A stretch of 64,000 nucleotides of DNA from Moraxellaceae bacterium UBA2031 (GTDB lineage Bacteria > Pseudomonadota > Gammaproteobacteria > Pseudomonadales > Moraxellaceae), in the NCBI GenBank assembly GCA_002333145.1, contig DDBN01000081.1, positions 27,331-91,330 of the forward strand. Direction: 5' to 3'. The notes under the pieces are model-generated. The model saw only the letters and a list, made by a program, of their open reading frames with translations. It did not search any database and was not told the DNA's origin. Shown piece after piece: positions 30,662 to 41,172 of this stretch. The position numbers and the translations under genes were made by a program. Positions within the stretch are counted from its first letter, which is position 1. Each line of letters begins with the position of its first letter.

Positions 30662-31939
30662 ATGGTGGCAACTCCTGTGGGTACTGCTTCACTTAGCTTA
30701 CTTTTCACCATTCTGATTGTGTGCGTTGTCTTCTCAGCCTTCTTCTCTGGCTCTGAGACCGGCATCATGACTGCTAACCGTTATCGCCTGAAACACCAGG
30801 CCAAGACGGGCAATAAATCAGCTCAGCGCATTCTTAATCTGCTCGCCCATCCAGACAAACTGATTGGCGTTATCCTGATTGGCAACAACATCACCAATGT
30901 TGCTGCGTCCTCCGTTGCTACCCTGATTGGACTTCAAATGGCAGGCGATTCCGGCGTAGCAATTGCGGCTGGCGCGCTGACCTTCGTCATTCTCATCTTC
31001 GGAGAGGTTGGCCCTAAAACGTTTGCCGCCAAGCATCCAGAGGCCGTCGCCCACGTTGCAGCACCCGTCCTCAATGTATTGCTAAAACTGCTGTCACCTC
31101 TCGTCTGGATTATTAACGTAACGACTAACACGCTGTTTCGGCTGAACTCCCTTGCCAAGGGCGATCACAAACTAAATACCGATGAATTACGCACATTGGT
31201 GCAAGACGTTTTCTTACCTAAACAGCACCGCAGCATGCTGCTAGGCGTACTGGAATTAGACACCATTACGGTTGACGACATCATGATCCCTCGTGGCGAC
31301 GTTAACGGCATTGATATTGAGGATGATCTTGAAGACATCATCAAACAACTGAGGTCCACCCAACACACACGAATGCCTGTTTTTAGGGACAGCATTAATG
31401 ACTGCATCGGCATATTGCATACGCGTGATGCGTCCCGCTTTATGGGCAAACCCGACCTAACCAAAGCAGAAATTTTGCAGTATGTTCGCGAGCCCTACTA
31501 TGTTCCTGAAAGTGCATCGCTGCCTGCGCAGCTGATCAATTTCCAAAAGCAGAAGGGTCGTTTTGGATTGGTCGTGGATGAATATGGCGATGTGCAGGGA
31601 ATTGTTACGCTCGAAGATATTCTTGAGGAAATCGTTGGCGAATTTACGACCAGCATGACGGATAGCCACAAGGACATGCTGCCGCAACCCGATGGTTCAT
31701 GGGTTATTGATGGTAGCACCAGCATTCGTGACATTAATCGACAGTTGCACTGGCAACTGCCCTTGAACGGCCCTCGCACACTCAATGGCTTGATCATCGA
31801 CACACTGGAAACCATTCCAGAGTCGTCACTTTCGCTGCGGATAGGAAAATACATGATCGAAGTTTTGCAGGTACGGGACAACACCGTTAAAACTGCAAAA
31901 CTTGCCATACTCCCGTCAGCATCAAGCTCACAAAAATAG
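30662..31939 (+). CDS. corB: CNNM/CorB-family (DUF21-CBS-CorC_HlyC) transporter
   Basis: 425 aa. N-terminal DUF21 TM domain, a CBS pair and a C-terminal CorC/HlyC domain (WVIDGSTSIRDINRQL). Confidence 0.88.
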   Translation: MVATPVGTASLSLLFTILIVCVVFSAFFSGSETGIMTANRYRLKHQAKTGNKSAQRILNLLAHPDKLIGVILIGNNITNVAASSVATLIGLQMAGDSGVAIAAGALTFVILIFGEVGPKTFAAKHPEAVAHVAAPVLNVLLKLLSPLVWIINVTTNTLFRLNSLAKGDHKLNTDELRTLVQDVFLPKQHRSMLLGVLELDTITVDDIMIPRGDVNGIDIEDDLEDIIKQLRSTQHTRMPVFRDSINDCIGILHTRDASRFMGKPDLTKAEILQYVREPYYVPESASLPAQLINFQKQKGRFGLVVDEYGDVQGIVTLEDILEEIVGEFTTSMTDSHKDMLPQPDGSWVIDGSTSIRDINRQLHWQLPLNGPRTLNGLIIDTLETIPESSLSLRIGKYMIEVLQVRDNTVKTAKLAILPSASSSQK

Positions 31940-31943
31940 AAAG

Positions 31944-32399
31944 CTACCAGTCGTATAGTGACTGCATATTAAGTGTGGTCCGATGCTTTTCTTGCTCCTC
32001 CATCGCCTGCAAATTCTCAAACATCTCACGCAGCTCTGGCTGCGTCGTAGCGGCTTGCATGGACTTGTAGAGCGCGATCAGGCAGTCGTCATACGTTAGT
32101 GATGCTGTGATGACATCTTCGGCAGCAGTATCGGGCTCAAGATTAAGCAAGGCACAAGCCTGAAGCGATCGGTCATCGGGTACATTCTGCAGCCAAGTAT
32201 CCATTAAGCGCCTTGGCGCGTCGCCGCGATAACGTGTCAGTACCTGTGACAAGAGTTTTTCGTGCTGACTGAGATAGGAATACAGTAACTGCACACGCTC
32301 GTTAGCTGACGCCTCACCTAAGCCAGCAAAGTAACCCGACAAATGAGAATGAAAGGCATGTGCTTGATCAATAACATCCCGCGCACGAAGTGTAGTCAT
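31944..32399 (-). CDS. hypothetical helical protein (151 aa)
   Basis: ATG 32399 is preceded by GGAGG with a 6-nt spacer. No motif I recognise. It is the last gene of the minus-strand nudL...purT string. Confidence 0.55.
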   Translation of the reverse strand: MTTLRARDVIDQAHAFHSHLSGYFAGLGEASANERVQLLYSYLSQHEKLLSQVLTRYRGDAPRRLMDTWLQNVPDDRSLQACALLNLEPDTAAEDVITASLTYDDCLIALYKSMQAATTQPELREMFENLQAMEEQEKHRTTLNMQSLYDW

Positions 32400-32475
32400 G
32401 GCAACCTCCAAATGAGCTTACCCTTACAGACTAGACCAGTAATCGCGATATCAGTGCGCCATTCATCGGCGAGTT

Positions 32476-33666
32476 TCAGAGCTCGACGGTAATCGCCGCA
32501 ACGACCTGACGGGCCTTAGCACGGGCATCATCACAGTCCCGCCCCAGTGCCAAGCCCACGCCCATGCGGCGCTCACCGCGAACTTCTGGCTTGCCGAATA
32601 AACGCAGGTCTGTATCAGGCTCAGACAATGCCTCAGCCAAATTACCAAACTGAACGCTGCCTGAGTCGCCCTTTACCAGAAGCGCACAGGACGCAGCGGG
32701 CCCGTTCTGACGGATCACCGGTACCGGCAACCCCAGAATGGCACGAGCATGTAGGGCAAACTCGGAGAGGTTCTGGGAAATTATTGTTACTAGACCGGTA
32801 TCATGCGGACGTGGTGAGACTTCGCTAAACCAGACCTGATCGCCTTTTACAAAAAGCTCTACACCAAAGATACCAACACCACCAAGGGCCGTGGTAATCG
32901 CTTCAGCAATTCGCTGCGCCTCCGCCAATGCCTTTTCAGACATAGGCTGTGGTTGCCATGATTCGCGATAGTCCCCTGCGTCTTGCAGATGGCCGATTGG
33001 GGCACAAAAACTGGTCCCACCGCGATGCCGCAAGGTTAGAAGAGTGATTTCGTAGTCAAAGTCGATAAAGCCTTCAATGATCACTCGACCGGCACCCGCA
33101 CGGCCACCCGCCTGCGCATAAGCCCATGCAGCTTCCAAGTCTTCTTCGCCACGAACCAGACTCTGCCCTTTACCTGATGATGACATGACCGGTTTGACGA
33201 CACAGGGGTAACCTATTTTGCCAACTGCCTCGACAAAGACCTCGTATGTGTCCGCAAAAAACCAAGGGGACGTTGCAAGCCCCAGCTCCTCCGATGCCAG
33301 GCGACGGATTCCCTCTCGACTTAACGTTAGCGCTGCTGCCTTGGCCGTTGGAATGACCTGCCAGCCTTCTTGTTCCATTTCTACGAGGGTTGCGGTGGCA
33401 ATGGCCTCTATTTCAGGAACAATCAGTGCGGGCCGCTCGGCCTCAATCACACGCCGCAGGGCGGCACCATCAAGCATATCAATCACATAACTGCGATCGG
33501 CCACCTGCATGCCGGGGGCATTGGCATAACGATCTACCGCGATGACTTCACAGCCAAGTCGCTTCAGTTCAATTATTACTTCCTTGCCCAACTCTCCTGC
33601 TCCACAAAAAAGAACCCGGGTAGCAGATGTCGAAAAAGGAGTGCCTAGTGTTACGGAAGGAGTCAT
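32476..33666 (-). CDS. purT: formate-dependent phosphoribosylglycinamide formyltransferase
   Basis: 396 aa. ATP-grasp enzyme with the typical PurT N-terminus ([14 protein letters not shown]) and core ([14 protein letters not shown]). Confidence 0.92.
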   Translation of the reverse strand: MTPSVTLGTPFSTSATRVLFCGAGELGKEVIIELKRLGCEVIAVDRYANAPGMQVADRSYVIDMLDGAALRRVIEAERPALIVPEIEAIATATLVEMEQEGWQVIPTAKAAALTLSREGIRRLASEELGLATSPWFFADTYEVFVEAVGKIGYPCVVKPVMSSSGKGQSLVRGEEDLEAAWAYAQAGGRAGAGRVIIEGFIDFDYEITLLTLRHRGGTSFCAPIGHLQDAGDYRESWQPQPMSEKALAEAQRIAEAITTALGGVGIFGVELFVKGDQVWFSEVSPRPHDTGLVTIISQNLSEFALHARAILGLPVPVIRQNGPAASCALLVKGDSGSVQFGNLAEALSEPDTDLRLFGKPEVRGERRMGVGLALGRDCDDARAKARQVVAAITVEL

Positions 33667-33672
33667 GCCTTA

Positions 33673-33867
33673 TTACTCGGGAAAAAGAGTTTGCAGGTTT
33701 TGTGTACGCCTATCGGCGACATTTTGAAGAATTTTCTGCTGCTCATCCTCTGAGCGGAAGCGCCAATCTCTGATCTCATCGATAGACCGGAAACAGCCTT
33801 TGCAGATCTTGTCATCGTCCAAGCGACAACAACCGATACAAGGGGAAAGATCGGCAGACGCAGTCAA
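33673..33867 (-). CDS. DUF1289 family Cys-rich small protein
   Basis: 64 aa with the CIGCCRLDDDKICKGCFRSIDEIRDW motif. Confidence 0.75.
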   Translation of the reverse strand: MTASADLSPCIGCCRLDDDKICKGCFRSIDEIRDWRFRSEDEQQKILQNVADRRTQNLQTLFPE

Positions 33868-33870
33868 GAA

Positions 33871-34392
33871 TTAGTCCTCTCGTTTCAATTCCTTTTTATA
33901 GCGCTTGAAGTTCTCCACGTAATGGAGCGCGCTCATTTCCAGAATGGCTCGTTGAGCCTCACTGACTTCCTTGACTACCTTGCCGGGGCTGCCCATCACA
34001 AGCGAGCCATCAGGAATCACTTTACCTTCCGGGATCAAGGCATTGGCACCAATCACACAGCCACGACCGATGATTGCACCATTCAAGATCACCGCATTAA
34101 TACCGATCAAAGAGCCATCGCCAATAGTACAGCCGTGCAACATCACCTTATGGCCCACCGTGACGTTACGACCGATAAGCAAAGGCATGCCATGGTCGGT
34201 ATGCAATACGCTACCGTCCTGAATATTGGAGTTCTCACCAATCGTAATGACATCATTATCGGCGCGTACCACTGCGTTAAACCAGATACTGGCATTGTGC
34301 CCCAGTACAACCGAACCAATTACAGTGGCATTGTCTGCGATGTAATAATCACCACGCGTCTCAAGGCGACGCTCACCAAGGGAATAGATCAT
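33871..34392 (-). CDS. gamma-carbonic-anhydrase-like left-handed beta-helix protein (YrdA/PaaY family)
   Basis: 173 aa from ATG 34392. Hexapeptide repeats, with His residues in the usual gamma-CA positions ([15 protein letters not shown]). Confidence 0.85.
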   Translation of the reverse strand: MIYSLGERRLETRGDYYIADNATVIGSVVLGHNASIWFNAVVRADNDVITIGENSNIQDGSVLHTDHGMPLLIGRNVTVGHKVMLHGCTIGDGSLIGINAVILNGAIIGRGCVIGANALIPEGKVIPDGSLVMGSPGKVVKEVSEAQRAILEMSALHYVENFKRYKKELKRED

Positions 34393-34400
34393 GTTGGTTC

Positions 34401-35012
34401 CTATTTTTTTTCTAGAGCGTTGACCACCAACGCTGGCCACTCGAATTCGATATTGTGATCATAGGCACGCTTCATGAGGTCAACAATCATGAACGCTGTC
34501 AGCCCCCAAATCACATAATCACCATAGTTAAAGCTAGGAACTGTTACGTCCTGCCCCATAAAGCGGAAACGATGCGTATAAGAAACTTTTTCCGTCAGGA
34601 AGTACTCGACCGGCACGCGAAAAATACTTTCGATTTCTTCTGGGTTTGGCACCAGCAACTGGCCCGGCTCGACCATGCCGATAATCGGCTGTACCCGCAG
34701 CCCTATCTTGGAGACAAAAGAATCAAGCTCCCCGATAACCTCTACCCGATCCTCCGGTAGACCTATTTCTTCGCGGGACTCCCGAAGTGCCGTGGCAATG
34801 ATGCTGGCATCACTGGAGTCACGCTTGCCGCCAGGAAACGCCACCTCACCCGCATGCGAGTTCATGTGACTGGCTCGGCGGGTAAGGATGATATGAGGAA
34901 CGTATTCGTCCGTCACTGGAATGAGGACAGCCGCATCTACCCGGTCCTGCAAAGGCCGGTAGTCACGCAATCGATCCCGTAACTGGGGAATAATCAACAC
35001 GCTGTCTGTCAT
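34401..35012 (-). CDS. nudL: CoA pyrophosphatase-type Nudix hydrolase
   Basis: Nudix box [25 protein letters not shown], preceded by the LTRR...H.GEVAFPGG motif typical of CoA pyrophosphatases. Confidence 0.82.
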   Translation of the reverse strand: MTDSVLIIPQLRDRLRDYRPLQDRVDAAVLIPVTDEYVPHIILTRRASHMNSHAGEVAFPGGKRDSSDASIIATALRESREEIGLPEDRVEVIGELDSFVSKIGLRVQPIIGMVEPGQLLVPNPEEIESIFRVPVEYFLTEKVSYTHRFRFMGQDVTVPSFNYGDYVIWGLTAFMIVDLMKRAYDHNIEFEWPALVVNALEKK

Positions 35013-35103
35013 ACCTTAAGTGTACCGAGTCCTGCTCTCAGCCCCAAGCCATGAAATGATGACGGGGGTATACTTGTGACCTTCCGCACACCCGGAGTCC
35101 GGC

Positions 35104-35676
35104 ATGAATTTTTGCAGCCAGTGTGGCAATCCCGTTGCCCAGCGCACCCTAGATGGCGATACCCGCCCTCGCTATGTGTGCGACCACTGCCATACTGTCC
35201 ATTATCAGAACCCCAAGGTTATCTGTGGCTGCCTTCCAGTCTGGGAAGACAAGGTTCTGCTGTGCCGGCGGGCTATCGAACCGCGACGAGGCTTTTGGAC
35301 ACTACCTGCTGGCTTTATGGAGAACGGTGAAACAACACCCGAGGCCGCTGCCCGCGAGACCCTCGAAGAGGCTGCCGCCCCGGTCGACATCGGCGACCTG
35401 TATGCGATCTTCAATATTCGGCACATCAACCAGGTCTATCTGATGTTTCGTGCCAACCTGAAGGAGGGTGTTTTTGGTGTCGGCGAAGAAAGCCTGGAAT
35501 GTCGCCTGTTCACGGAAGAGGAAATTCCTTGGGACGAGATCGCTTTCCCAACTATCAAACGTTCACTTTATTACTACTTTGATGACCGCAAGAAAGGGGA
35601 ATACCCGTTCAGAATGCGCGATATCGAACTGGACTTTCGTCGCACCCACGAAGTAGTGAAAGGCGACAATTCTTGA
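35104..35676 (+). CDS. Nudix hydrolase with N-terminal zinc ribbon
   Basis: CSQCG...CDHC zinc ribbon followed by Nudix box GFMENGETTPEAAARETLEEAAA. Confidence 0.82.
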   Translation: MNFCSQCGNPVAQRTLDGDTRPRYVCDHCHTVHYQNPKVICGCLPVWEDKVLLCRRAIEPRRGFWTLPAGFMENGETTPEAAARETLEEAAAPVDIGDLYAIFNIRHINQVYLMFRANLKEGVFGVGEESLECRLFTEEEIPWDEIAFPTIKRSLYYYFDDRKKGEYPFRMRDIELDFRRTHEVVKGDNS

Positions 35677-35694
35677 TTCATTATGACTCGCAAT

Positions 35695-35725
35695 AAAAAT
35701 GGAGTGCTATAAGCCCTCCATTTTT
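35695..35725. terminator. bidirectional terminator
   Basis: AAAAATGGAG-(11 nt)-CTCCATTTTT between the convergent Nudix and SDR genes. Confidence 0.65.
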
Positions 35726-35761
35726 ATAACCGCTGATTTTTCGAGTATTGGCAAACCTGAA

Positions 35762-36529
35762 TTACTTTGGTGCCATACGAATAGCGCCATCGATACGAAT
35801 CGTTTCACCATTGAGGAAGCTGTTCTCAACCATCTGAACTGCCAGCATGGCATATTCGCTCGGATGGCCCAGTCGCTTCGGAAACTGTGTCATTTCAATA
35901 AGCGGCAGCTTTACAGTATCAGGCGATGCATTCATCAGCGGGGTATTGAAGATACCTGGGGCAATGGTGTTTACACGCACACCAATAGCAGCAAGATCGC
36001 GTGCAAGGGGCAGTGTCATTCCCACCACTCCGCCCTTGGAGGCGGAATAAGCTACTTGGCCGACCTGTCCATCAAAGGCGGCGACTGAGGCTGTGTTAAT
36101 GATTACACCACGCTCGCCATCAGCATTGCCTTCGTTTTTCTGCATTTCAGCCGCGGCAAGACGGGTAACGTTAAACGTACCAATCAGATTAACGGTGATG
36201 ACCTTGCTGAATACATCCAAAGGCATTGGGCCATTTCTACCAACCGTGCGTGCGGCACTACCAATGCCGGCACAGTTAACGGCCACATGAATGGCACCAA
36301 AAGCATCCATAGTTTTAGCAATACCAGCCTGAACAGAGCCTTCATCCGACACATTCACTTGGCAGAACAGCACGTTGGCACCCAAGCGGGCGGCCACGGC
36401 CTGACCCTGCTCAACGTTCAGATCAAAAATAGCTACCTTGGCACCTTTGGATAAGTAAGCTTCAACTGTTGCCAGACCAAGGCCGGAAGCACCGCCGGTA
36501 ACGATGGCGACTTTGTGGGAGAGTTCCAT
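35762..36529 (-). CDS. short-chain dehydrogenase, 3-hydroxyacyl-CoA dehydrogenase type-2-like
   Basis: 255 aa from ATG 36529 (AAGGA RBS). TGGASGLG cofactor motif and YSASK catalytic motif. Confidence 0.85.
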   Translation of the reverse strand: MELSHKVAIVTGGASGLGLATVEAYLSKGAKVAIFDLNVEQGQAVAARLGANVLFCQVNVSDEGSVQAGIAKTMDAFGAIHVAVNCAGIGSAARTVGRNGPMPLDVFSKVITVNLIGTFNVTRLAAAEMQKNEGNADGERGVIINTASVAAFDGQVGQVAYSASKGGVVGMTLPLARDLAAIGVRVNTIAPGIFNTPLMNASPDTVKLPLIEMTQFPKRLGHPSEYAMLAVQMVENSFLNGETIRIDGAIRMAPK

Positions 36530-36641
36530 GCAAATATCCTTCAGCAACTGATAACAAGAAAGGCGACTGATACGTCGGAGCCGGAGCATAACACCCGACT
36601 ACAGAGCTGTCAGCGGTGATGTGACGCAGCAGTCACAGTCA

Positions 36642-38042
36642 TCAAAGAATGCCGACGCCGGATATTTCTCGCGCCAATGTAGCGGCATAGTTGTCCGTCA
36701 TGCCGCCAACATAATCGAGTACCTTCATGTAGGCCGAATAAAGGCTTTCACCCTCCTCCAACGGCCGCTCCAGTAAGGCTAACTGGGTCTTTTGCCTGGC
36801 ATTGAGAGCACTAGCACCGTGAGTGCAAAAGGCATAGGCATCGGGCACCAGCGCATTCAGTATCAGCTGTAAACAAGGATAAGCCGCCACCTCTTTTACC
36901 ACCTTGCTGCGATGCCGATAGACCCGCTCACTGGCCAGTTGTTTGGCGCTCATCAAAAGATTACTGACATCCGAATCCAGTAAAGAGACCAAGTCTTTAG
37001 CCGGCAGCTCTCCTTTCATAATGTCATCGTGATAGCGAACAAACTTATCTGCCACTTCGATGACACACTTGCCAATCACCATGCCACGCAAGGCGCCACA
37101 ACGGCGACGAACCTCGGCAATATTGCGCCTGTCCGGCTCAGACAGTGGCTGCAGTTTATCTAGCTCAACAAGGGGGCCGAGCAACGCTTCGAACTCATGA
37201 ACATGAAGAATGCCGATCTCTACCGCATCCTCAAGATCTAGGATGGCGTAGCAAATATCATCGGCTGCCTCCATGAGATAAGAGAGAGGATGGCGGGCCC
37301 ACTGATCGGGGCCCTTTTCTAAAAGCCCAAGCTCAGCCGCCACCGCCCTAAAATAAGGCAGCTCTGTCTGATAAAAATTAAATTTCCCTCGCCGTGACCT
37401 TCCAGGTTTTACCGGCTCACCGGCAGAGGTCCAAGGATACTTAACCAATGCCCCAAGACTGGCCGCCGTCAGGCGCATGCCACCCTCCTCTTGGTACATT
37501 TCAAGCGTTGCCACCATCCTCATCCCATGGGCATTGCCTTCATAGGTTTTCACATCCCACTGCTCGGCCTCACTAAGGCCCTCCAAGTAACGGGTATGCG
37601 CTGGATCGCGGAACCACTCACGCAGAGCATCCTCGCCGGTATGCCCAAAGGGAGGGTTACCAATATCGTGCGCGAGGCAAGCTACCTGCACCACGTTACC
37701 GACATCAAATGGCGTATACCCTTCCGGCAGATGGCCACCTGCTTTCAGCATCATACCGACCCGATTGCCCAAGCTGCGCCCGACACTGGCCACTTCCACT
37801 GAGTGAGTAAGACGGTTATGCGTATGATCATTAACAGCGAGAGGGTGTACTTGGGTCTTGCGGCCCAGACGGCGGAATGCAGACGAAAACACCACGCGAT
37901 CGTGGTCGATATGAAAGTCAGAACGTAATCCGGACTCGATATCGCTGCTGGCCGAGGCATTGCCGGGGAAAATCTGTCCGTTCTTTACCTTGAAGCGCCG
38001 GGTAGACAGCAATGACTGCCACTGCATGCGGGAGCTGCCCAT
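36642..38042 (-). CDS. dgt: dGTPase-family (HD domain) deoxynucleoside triphosphate triphosphohydrolase
   Basis: HD motifs RLTHSVEVA and LAHDIGNPPFGH. 466 aa; the start could instead be the Met five codons in. Confidence 0.88.
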   Translation of the reverse strand: MGSSRMQWQSLLSTRRFKVKNGQIFPGNASASSDIESGLRSDFHIDHDRVVFSSAFRRLGRKTQVHPLAVNDHTHNRLTHSVEVASVGRSLGNRVGMMLKAGGHLPEGYTPFDVGNVVQVACLAHDIGNPPFGHTGEDALREWFRDPAHTRYLEGLSEAEQWDVKTYEGNAHGMRMVATLEMYQEEGGMRLTAASLGALVKYPWTSAGEPVKPGRSRRGKFNFYQTELPYFRAVAAELGLLEKGPDQWARHPLSYLMEAADDICYAILDLEDAVEIGILHVHEFEALLGPLVELDKLQPLSEPDRRNIAEVRRRCGALRGMVIGKCVIEVADKFVRYHDDIMKGELPAKDLVSLLDSDVSNLLMSAKQLASERVYRHRSKVVKEVAAYPCLQLILNALVPDAYAFCTHGASALNARQKTQLALLERPLEEGESLYSAYMKVLDYVGGMTDNYAATLAREISGVGIL

Positions 38043-38147
38043 AAAAAATCCCTGCCTTGGTCAAAGCAGGGACAGTAACGGATGCACCGGATACGGACAA
38101 GCAGAAGGGAAAAAGACCATACCCTTTACAAGTATGGCCTCAGAGAA

Positions 38148-39002
38148 TCAGAACCAGCCGCGAGGACTCCACCATGGGGTAGTGCTTTCTTTTGGAGCAG
38201 GTGAAGTCGTCTGTTGTACTTCTGACAATTCACCGGTTGGCGACTCAGGGAGATCATTCTCGACTGGCACAAACTCTGCGTCCATCTTCAGATTTTTTAT
38301 ACGACCAGCAGTAGCATCCATACGCGCAGGGTCAACAGGGCGCGCATCCGCATAAAAGTTGAAGGGCGCCCACTCTGGCTGTGGATCAGAAAGAAATACC
38401 TTGCCAACACCCATGACACGCGTCTCACGGATTTCCGTCAGTGCTTGAGACTCTGGTAATTGCTTGAGCGGCCCAACAGCCAAAAGCGATGAGTCCTTCA
38501 ATGCCTTCTTAGGGCCCGGAGTTTCTTCGTCATAACGGAAGAAATAACTCTTGTTACCCTCGAAAAAAAACTCTGCTTCGAAAATAGTTTTGAGATAAAC
38601 AATTGCGAATGGTCGCTTGGCATTAAAGTAGTACTCGCTGGCTGGCACTTCAAACCAGAAATAACTGCCGCTTTTTAGCCCAGAAATAAATTGGCCATCC
38701 AGAAAGAAGCCTGGCGCCTGCACTTCCTGATCATTCCAATCTGACTGCGGGCGATAGACGTAAACGATCGCGTTTCGGGAATCCGTAGGAATCAGTGGAC
38801 GGAAAAAGTCTCCCTTGTTGGGAAACATAAAACTGCCCATGCGCAATGGCTTGAGAGCCGTCGTCTCCATTATCGAATCCAGTTGCTGGCGCGTCTTGGT
38901 TGCCGTTGGATTACTGGAAGGATGAATGACGAACTGCGGGTTGCTGCAGGCGGCCATGATCAGGGCCATTACTGCACCGACCAGTGCTTTCAAATGCCGC
39001 AT
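38148..39002 (-). CDS. lipoprotein with DUF2846-like domain
   Basis: ATG 39002 (GGAGA RBS). Lipobox IMAAC. The segment AIVYVYRPQS...FFLDGQFISGLKSGSYFWFEVPASEYYF resembles DUF2846. Ser/Thr/Pro-rich C-terminal tail. Confidence 0.6.
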   Translation of the reverse strand: MRHLKALVGAVMALIMAACSNPQFVIHPSSNPTATKTRQQLDSIMETTALKPLRMGSFMFPNKGDFFRPLIPTDSRNAIVYVYRPQSDWNDQEVQAPGFFLDGQFISGLKSGSYFWFEVPASEYYFNAKRPFAIVYLKTIFEAEFFFEGNKSYFFRYDEETPGPKKALKDSSLLAVGPLKQLPESQALTEIRETRVMGVGKVFLSDPQPEWAPFNFYADARPVDPARMDATAGRIKNLKMDAEFVPVENDLPESPTGELSEVQQTTSPAPKESTTPWWSPRGWF

Positions 39003-39563
39003 GAATGTATCTCCGTTCTTCTTGTTATGAGCGGGGTTCAGCTTCCCGCATGTCCCACTATCTATATCAGCGCCAAAGCTTGAACTGCTCAACAGCCTGA
39101 TAAGCCGGCATGGTTACATGAATCACACGATCCAGAAAGTGAGCCAACCGGAGCAGAATCCTAGCCTGACTCCCTAGGATACCCTGATTAGCAACTTCTG
39201 CCACCGCCTCTGATGACTGACTAGGCTAAGGAATCAGAGCTCCACTGCCAATCCGCCCCAAAAAAACCTCTACAGATCACCAGCGGATACAAGATAAAAG
39301 CCATTTTTCTTCTTTTTAGGGGGGGGCCTTCAATCCTGCTCAGCCACCGCCCTTTGAGCCTAAGCGTGCTTGGTGAACGAAAAAGAAGAGTACCCGAACC
39401 GGCCCCAGCCTCAATGTAGCTGGATGGATCCAAACAACTGATCCTGAGTATCGCAAAAATACACCACAGCAGTCACGCCATGATTCCCCTTAAATTTCCG
39501 TGACGCCTGCGACTCAGGTTGCGATACTCCCCCGCCAAGATGGCGTTACTCAAAGAGGTTTGC

Positions 39564-40208
39564 ATGCTGGATGATCTGTTCAAAAACAATCTGGCTTGGG
39601 CAGAGCGCATCAAGTCGGAAGATCCTGATTTCTTTGAAAAACTGGCAGATCAGCAGTCTCCCCAATTCCTCTGGATAGGCTGTGCCGACTCCCGTGTTCC
39701 CGCCAATGAAATCATGGGCCTGCTACCCGGCGAGGTGTTTGTTCACCGTAACGTGGCCAACCTTGTCATCCATAGTGACATGAACTGCCTGTCGGTACTG
39801 CAGTACGCCATCGAGGTCCTCAAGGTGAAACACATCCTGGTCACCGGCCATTATGGCTGTGGCGGCGTACAAGCCGCCTTGGATGACCGTGAGTTTGGCC
39901 TTATCGACAACTGGCTACGTCACATCAAGGATGTGTACCGCTGGTATGAGCACGAGTTCAAGGACTTATCTCAAGAAAAGCGCCTAGACCTGCTGTGTGA
40001 ACTTAACGTGGCTGAGCAGGTGGCTAATGTCTGCCATACGACTCTGGTGCAGAATGCGTGGAAACGTGGTCAGCCCCTCTCCGTACATGGCTTCATCTAC
40101 AGTGTGAAAAACGGCATCCTCAAGGATCTAGGGGTTAATTTCAGCAGTTTGGACGAGCTCGCACCGATTTACCGGATGCGTCGTGAGTCCGAATTACTGA
40201 ATCGCTGA
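39564..40208 (+). CDS. can: beta-class carbonic anhydrase
   Basis: 214 aa from ATG 39564 (AAGAGG RBS). Zinc ligand motifs CADSRVP and HYGCGG. Confidence 0.92.
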   Translation: MLDDLFKNNLAWAERIKSEDPDFFEKLADQQSPQFLWIGCADSRVPANEIMGLLPGEVFVHRNVANLVIHSDMNCLSVLQYAIEVLKVKHILVTGHYGCGGVQAALDDREFGLIDNWLRHIKDVYRWYEHEFKDLSQEKRLDLLCELNVAEQVANVCHTTLVQNAWKRGQPLSVHGFIYSVKNGILKDLGVNFSSLDELAPIYRMRRESELLNR

Positions 40209-40229
40209 TCGCCCAATCTGGAGGACTGC

Positions 40230-41108
40230 ATGCGCATTGCCCTTCTAGGGGCGGCCTTTTCGGTCGGTGGGGCTCATCCAGGCTGCCGTCTTGGTCCGCA
40301 GGTATTTTATAAGCGGGAGTATCGCAAGCTGCACAGGCGGCTTCCGTTGCGCATGCGATGGGCAGGACAAGTGCGAGAAAGTGACTACGGACTCCAGCGC
40401 TATCCAGAAGGTGCCCATGTTGTTCTAGACAGTGTTCGTCGACTCAAGCATCGCGTTCGCCAACTCCGTCAAAGTGGTGTTCTTCCTGTCATTATTGGTG
40501 GTGATCATAGCTGCGCTATCGGCACCTGGAGCGGGGTTGCTGCGGCTAGCAGGCAGGCCACTGGCCTGCTCTGGATTGATGCTCACATGGACAGCCACAC
40601 GCCTGAAACTTCAGAAACCATGCGCTTGCACGGAATGCCCCTGGCCGCCCTGTTAGGAGAAGGTGACAGTCGTTTCACCCAACTGTCCGGTCGGTTATCC
40701 GCCATTGACCCTCGCTATTGTGTAGTCGTGGGCGCTCGCAGCTTTGAGAAAGATGAATCTTTGCGCCTGAAAAGATTAGGGATTCGTGTTTATACCCGTG
40801 ACGACATTCTTCGCCGTGGCCTGCCTCCCGTACTGGCTGAGGCATGGCGGCATGTGGCTAAGGCCCCTGGTGGATATGGCGTGAGCCTAGACCTTGATGT
40901 CCTGGATCCTATGTTGGCACCCGGCGTAAGTGTGCCAGAGGCTAATGGTCTTCACCCACGCAAGCTGGCCAGATTACTACGGCAGCAACCGAGCAAACAC
41001 CGTTTACGCGCCCTCGAAATTGTAGAGTTCAATCCAAGAAGAGACTCGCGAGGCCAAACACGGCAATTGCTGCCAAGCCTCTTGTGGGCCTTGCTTGAGT
41101 CTCGCTAA
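40230..41108 (+). CDS. arginase/ureohydrolase-family protein
   Basis: Mn-binding motifs GGDHSCAIG, WIDAHMDSHT and SLDLDVLDP. Substrate (arginine, agmatine or formiminoglutamate) not resolvable by eye. Confidence 0.8.
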   Translation: MRIALLGAAFSVGGAHPGCRLGPQVFYKREYRKLHRRLPLRMRWAGQVRESDYGLQRYPEGAHVVLDSVRRLKHRVRQLRQSGVLPVIIGGDHSCAIGTWSGVAAASRQATGLLWIDAHMDSHTPETSETMRLHGMPLAALLGEGDSRFTQLSGRLSAIDPRYCVVVGARSFEKDESLRLKRLGIRVYTRDDILRRGLPPVLAEAWRHVAKAPGGYGVSLDLDVLDPMLAPGVSVPEANGLHPRKLARLLRQQPSKHRLRALEIVEFNPRRDSRGQTRQLLPSLLWALLESR

Positions 41109-41128
41109 AACCAATAATTTCCAGGCAT

Positions 41129-41157
41129 AAAAAAACCCGACATTTGTCGGGTTTTTT
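41129..41157. terminator. bidirectional terminator
   Basis: A7-CCCGAC-ATTT-GTCGGG-T6 between the convergent arginase-family and OmpA-family genes. Confidence 0.8.
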
Positions 41158-41172
41158 AACATCAATATCCGA

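Noticed and set aside
36642-38042. dGTPase as an anti-phage dNTP-depletion defence gene
   Set aside because: Defensive dGTPases exist, but this one sits between an SDR gene and a lipoprotein gene. There are no other defence or mobile genes nearby, and it looks like the common housekeeping Dgt-like paralogue. A phylogeny would be needed to say more.
39221-39433. 70-aa minus-strand ORF in the long intergenic region
   Set aside because: It has no Shine-Dalgarno and no recognisable fold, and it is interrupted by the poly-C/G tract. I kept the region only as a finding about the region as a whole.
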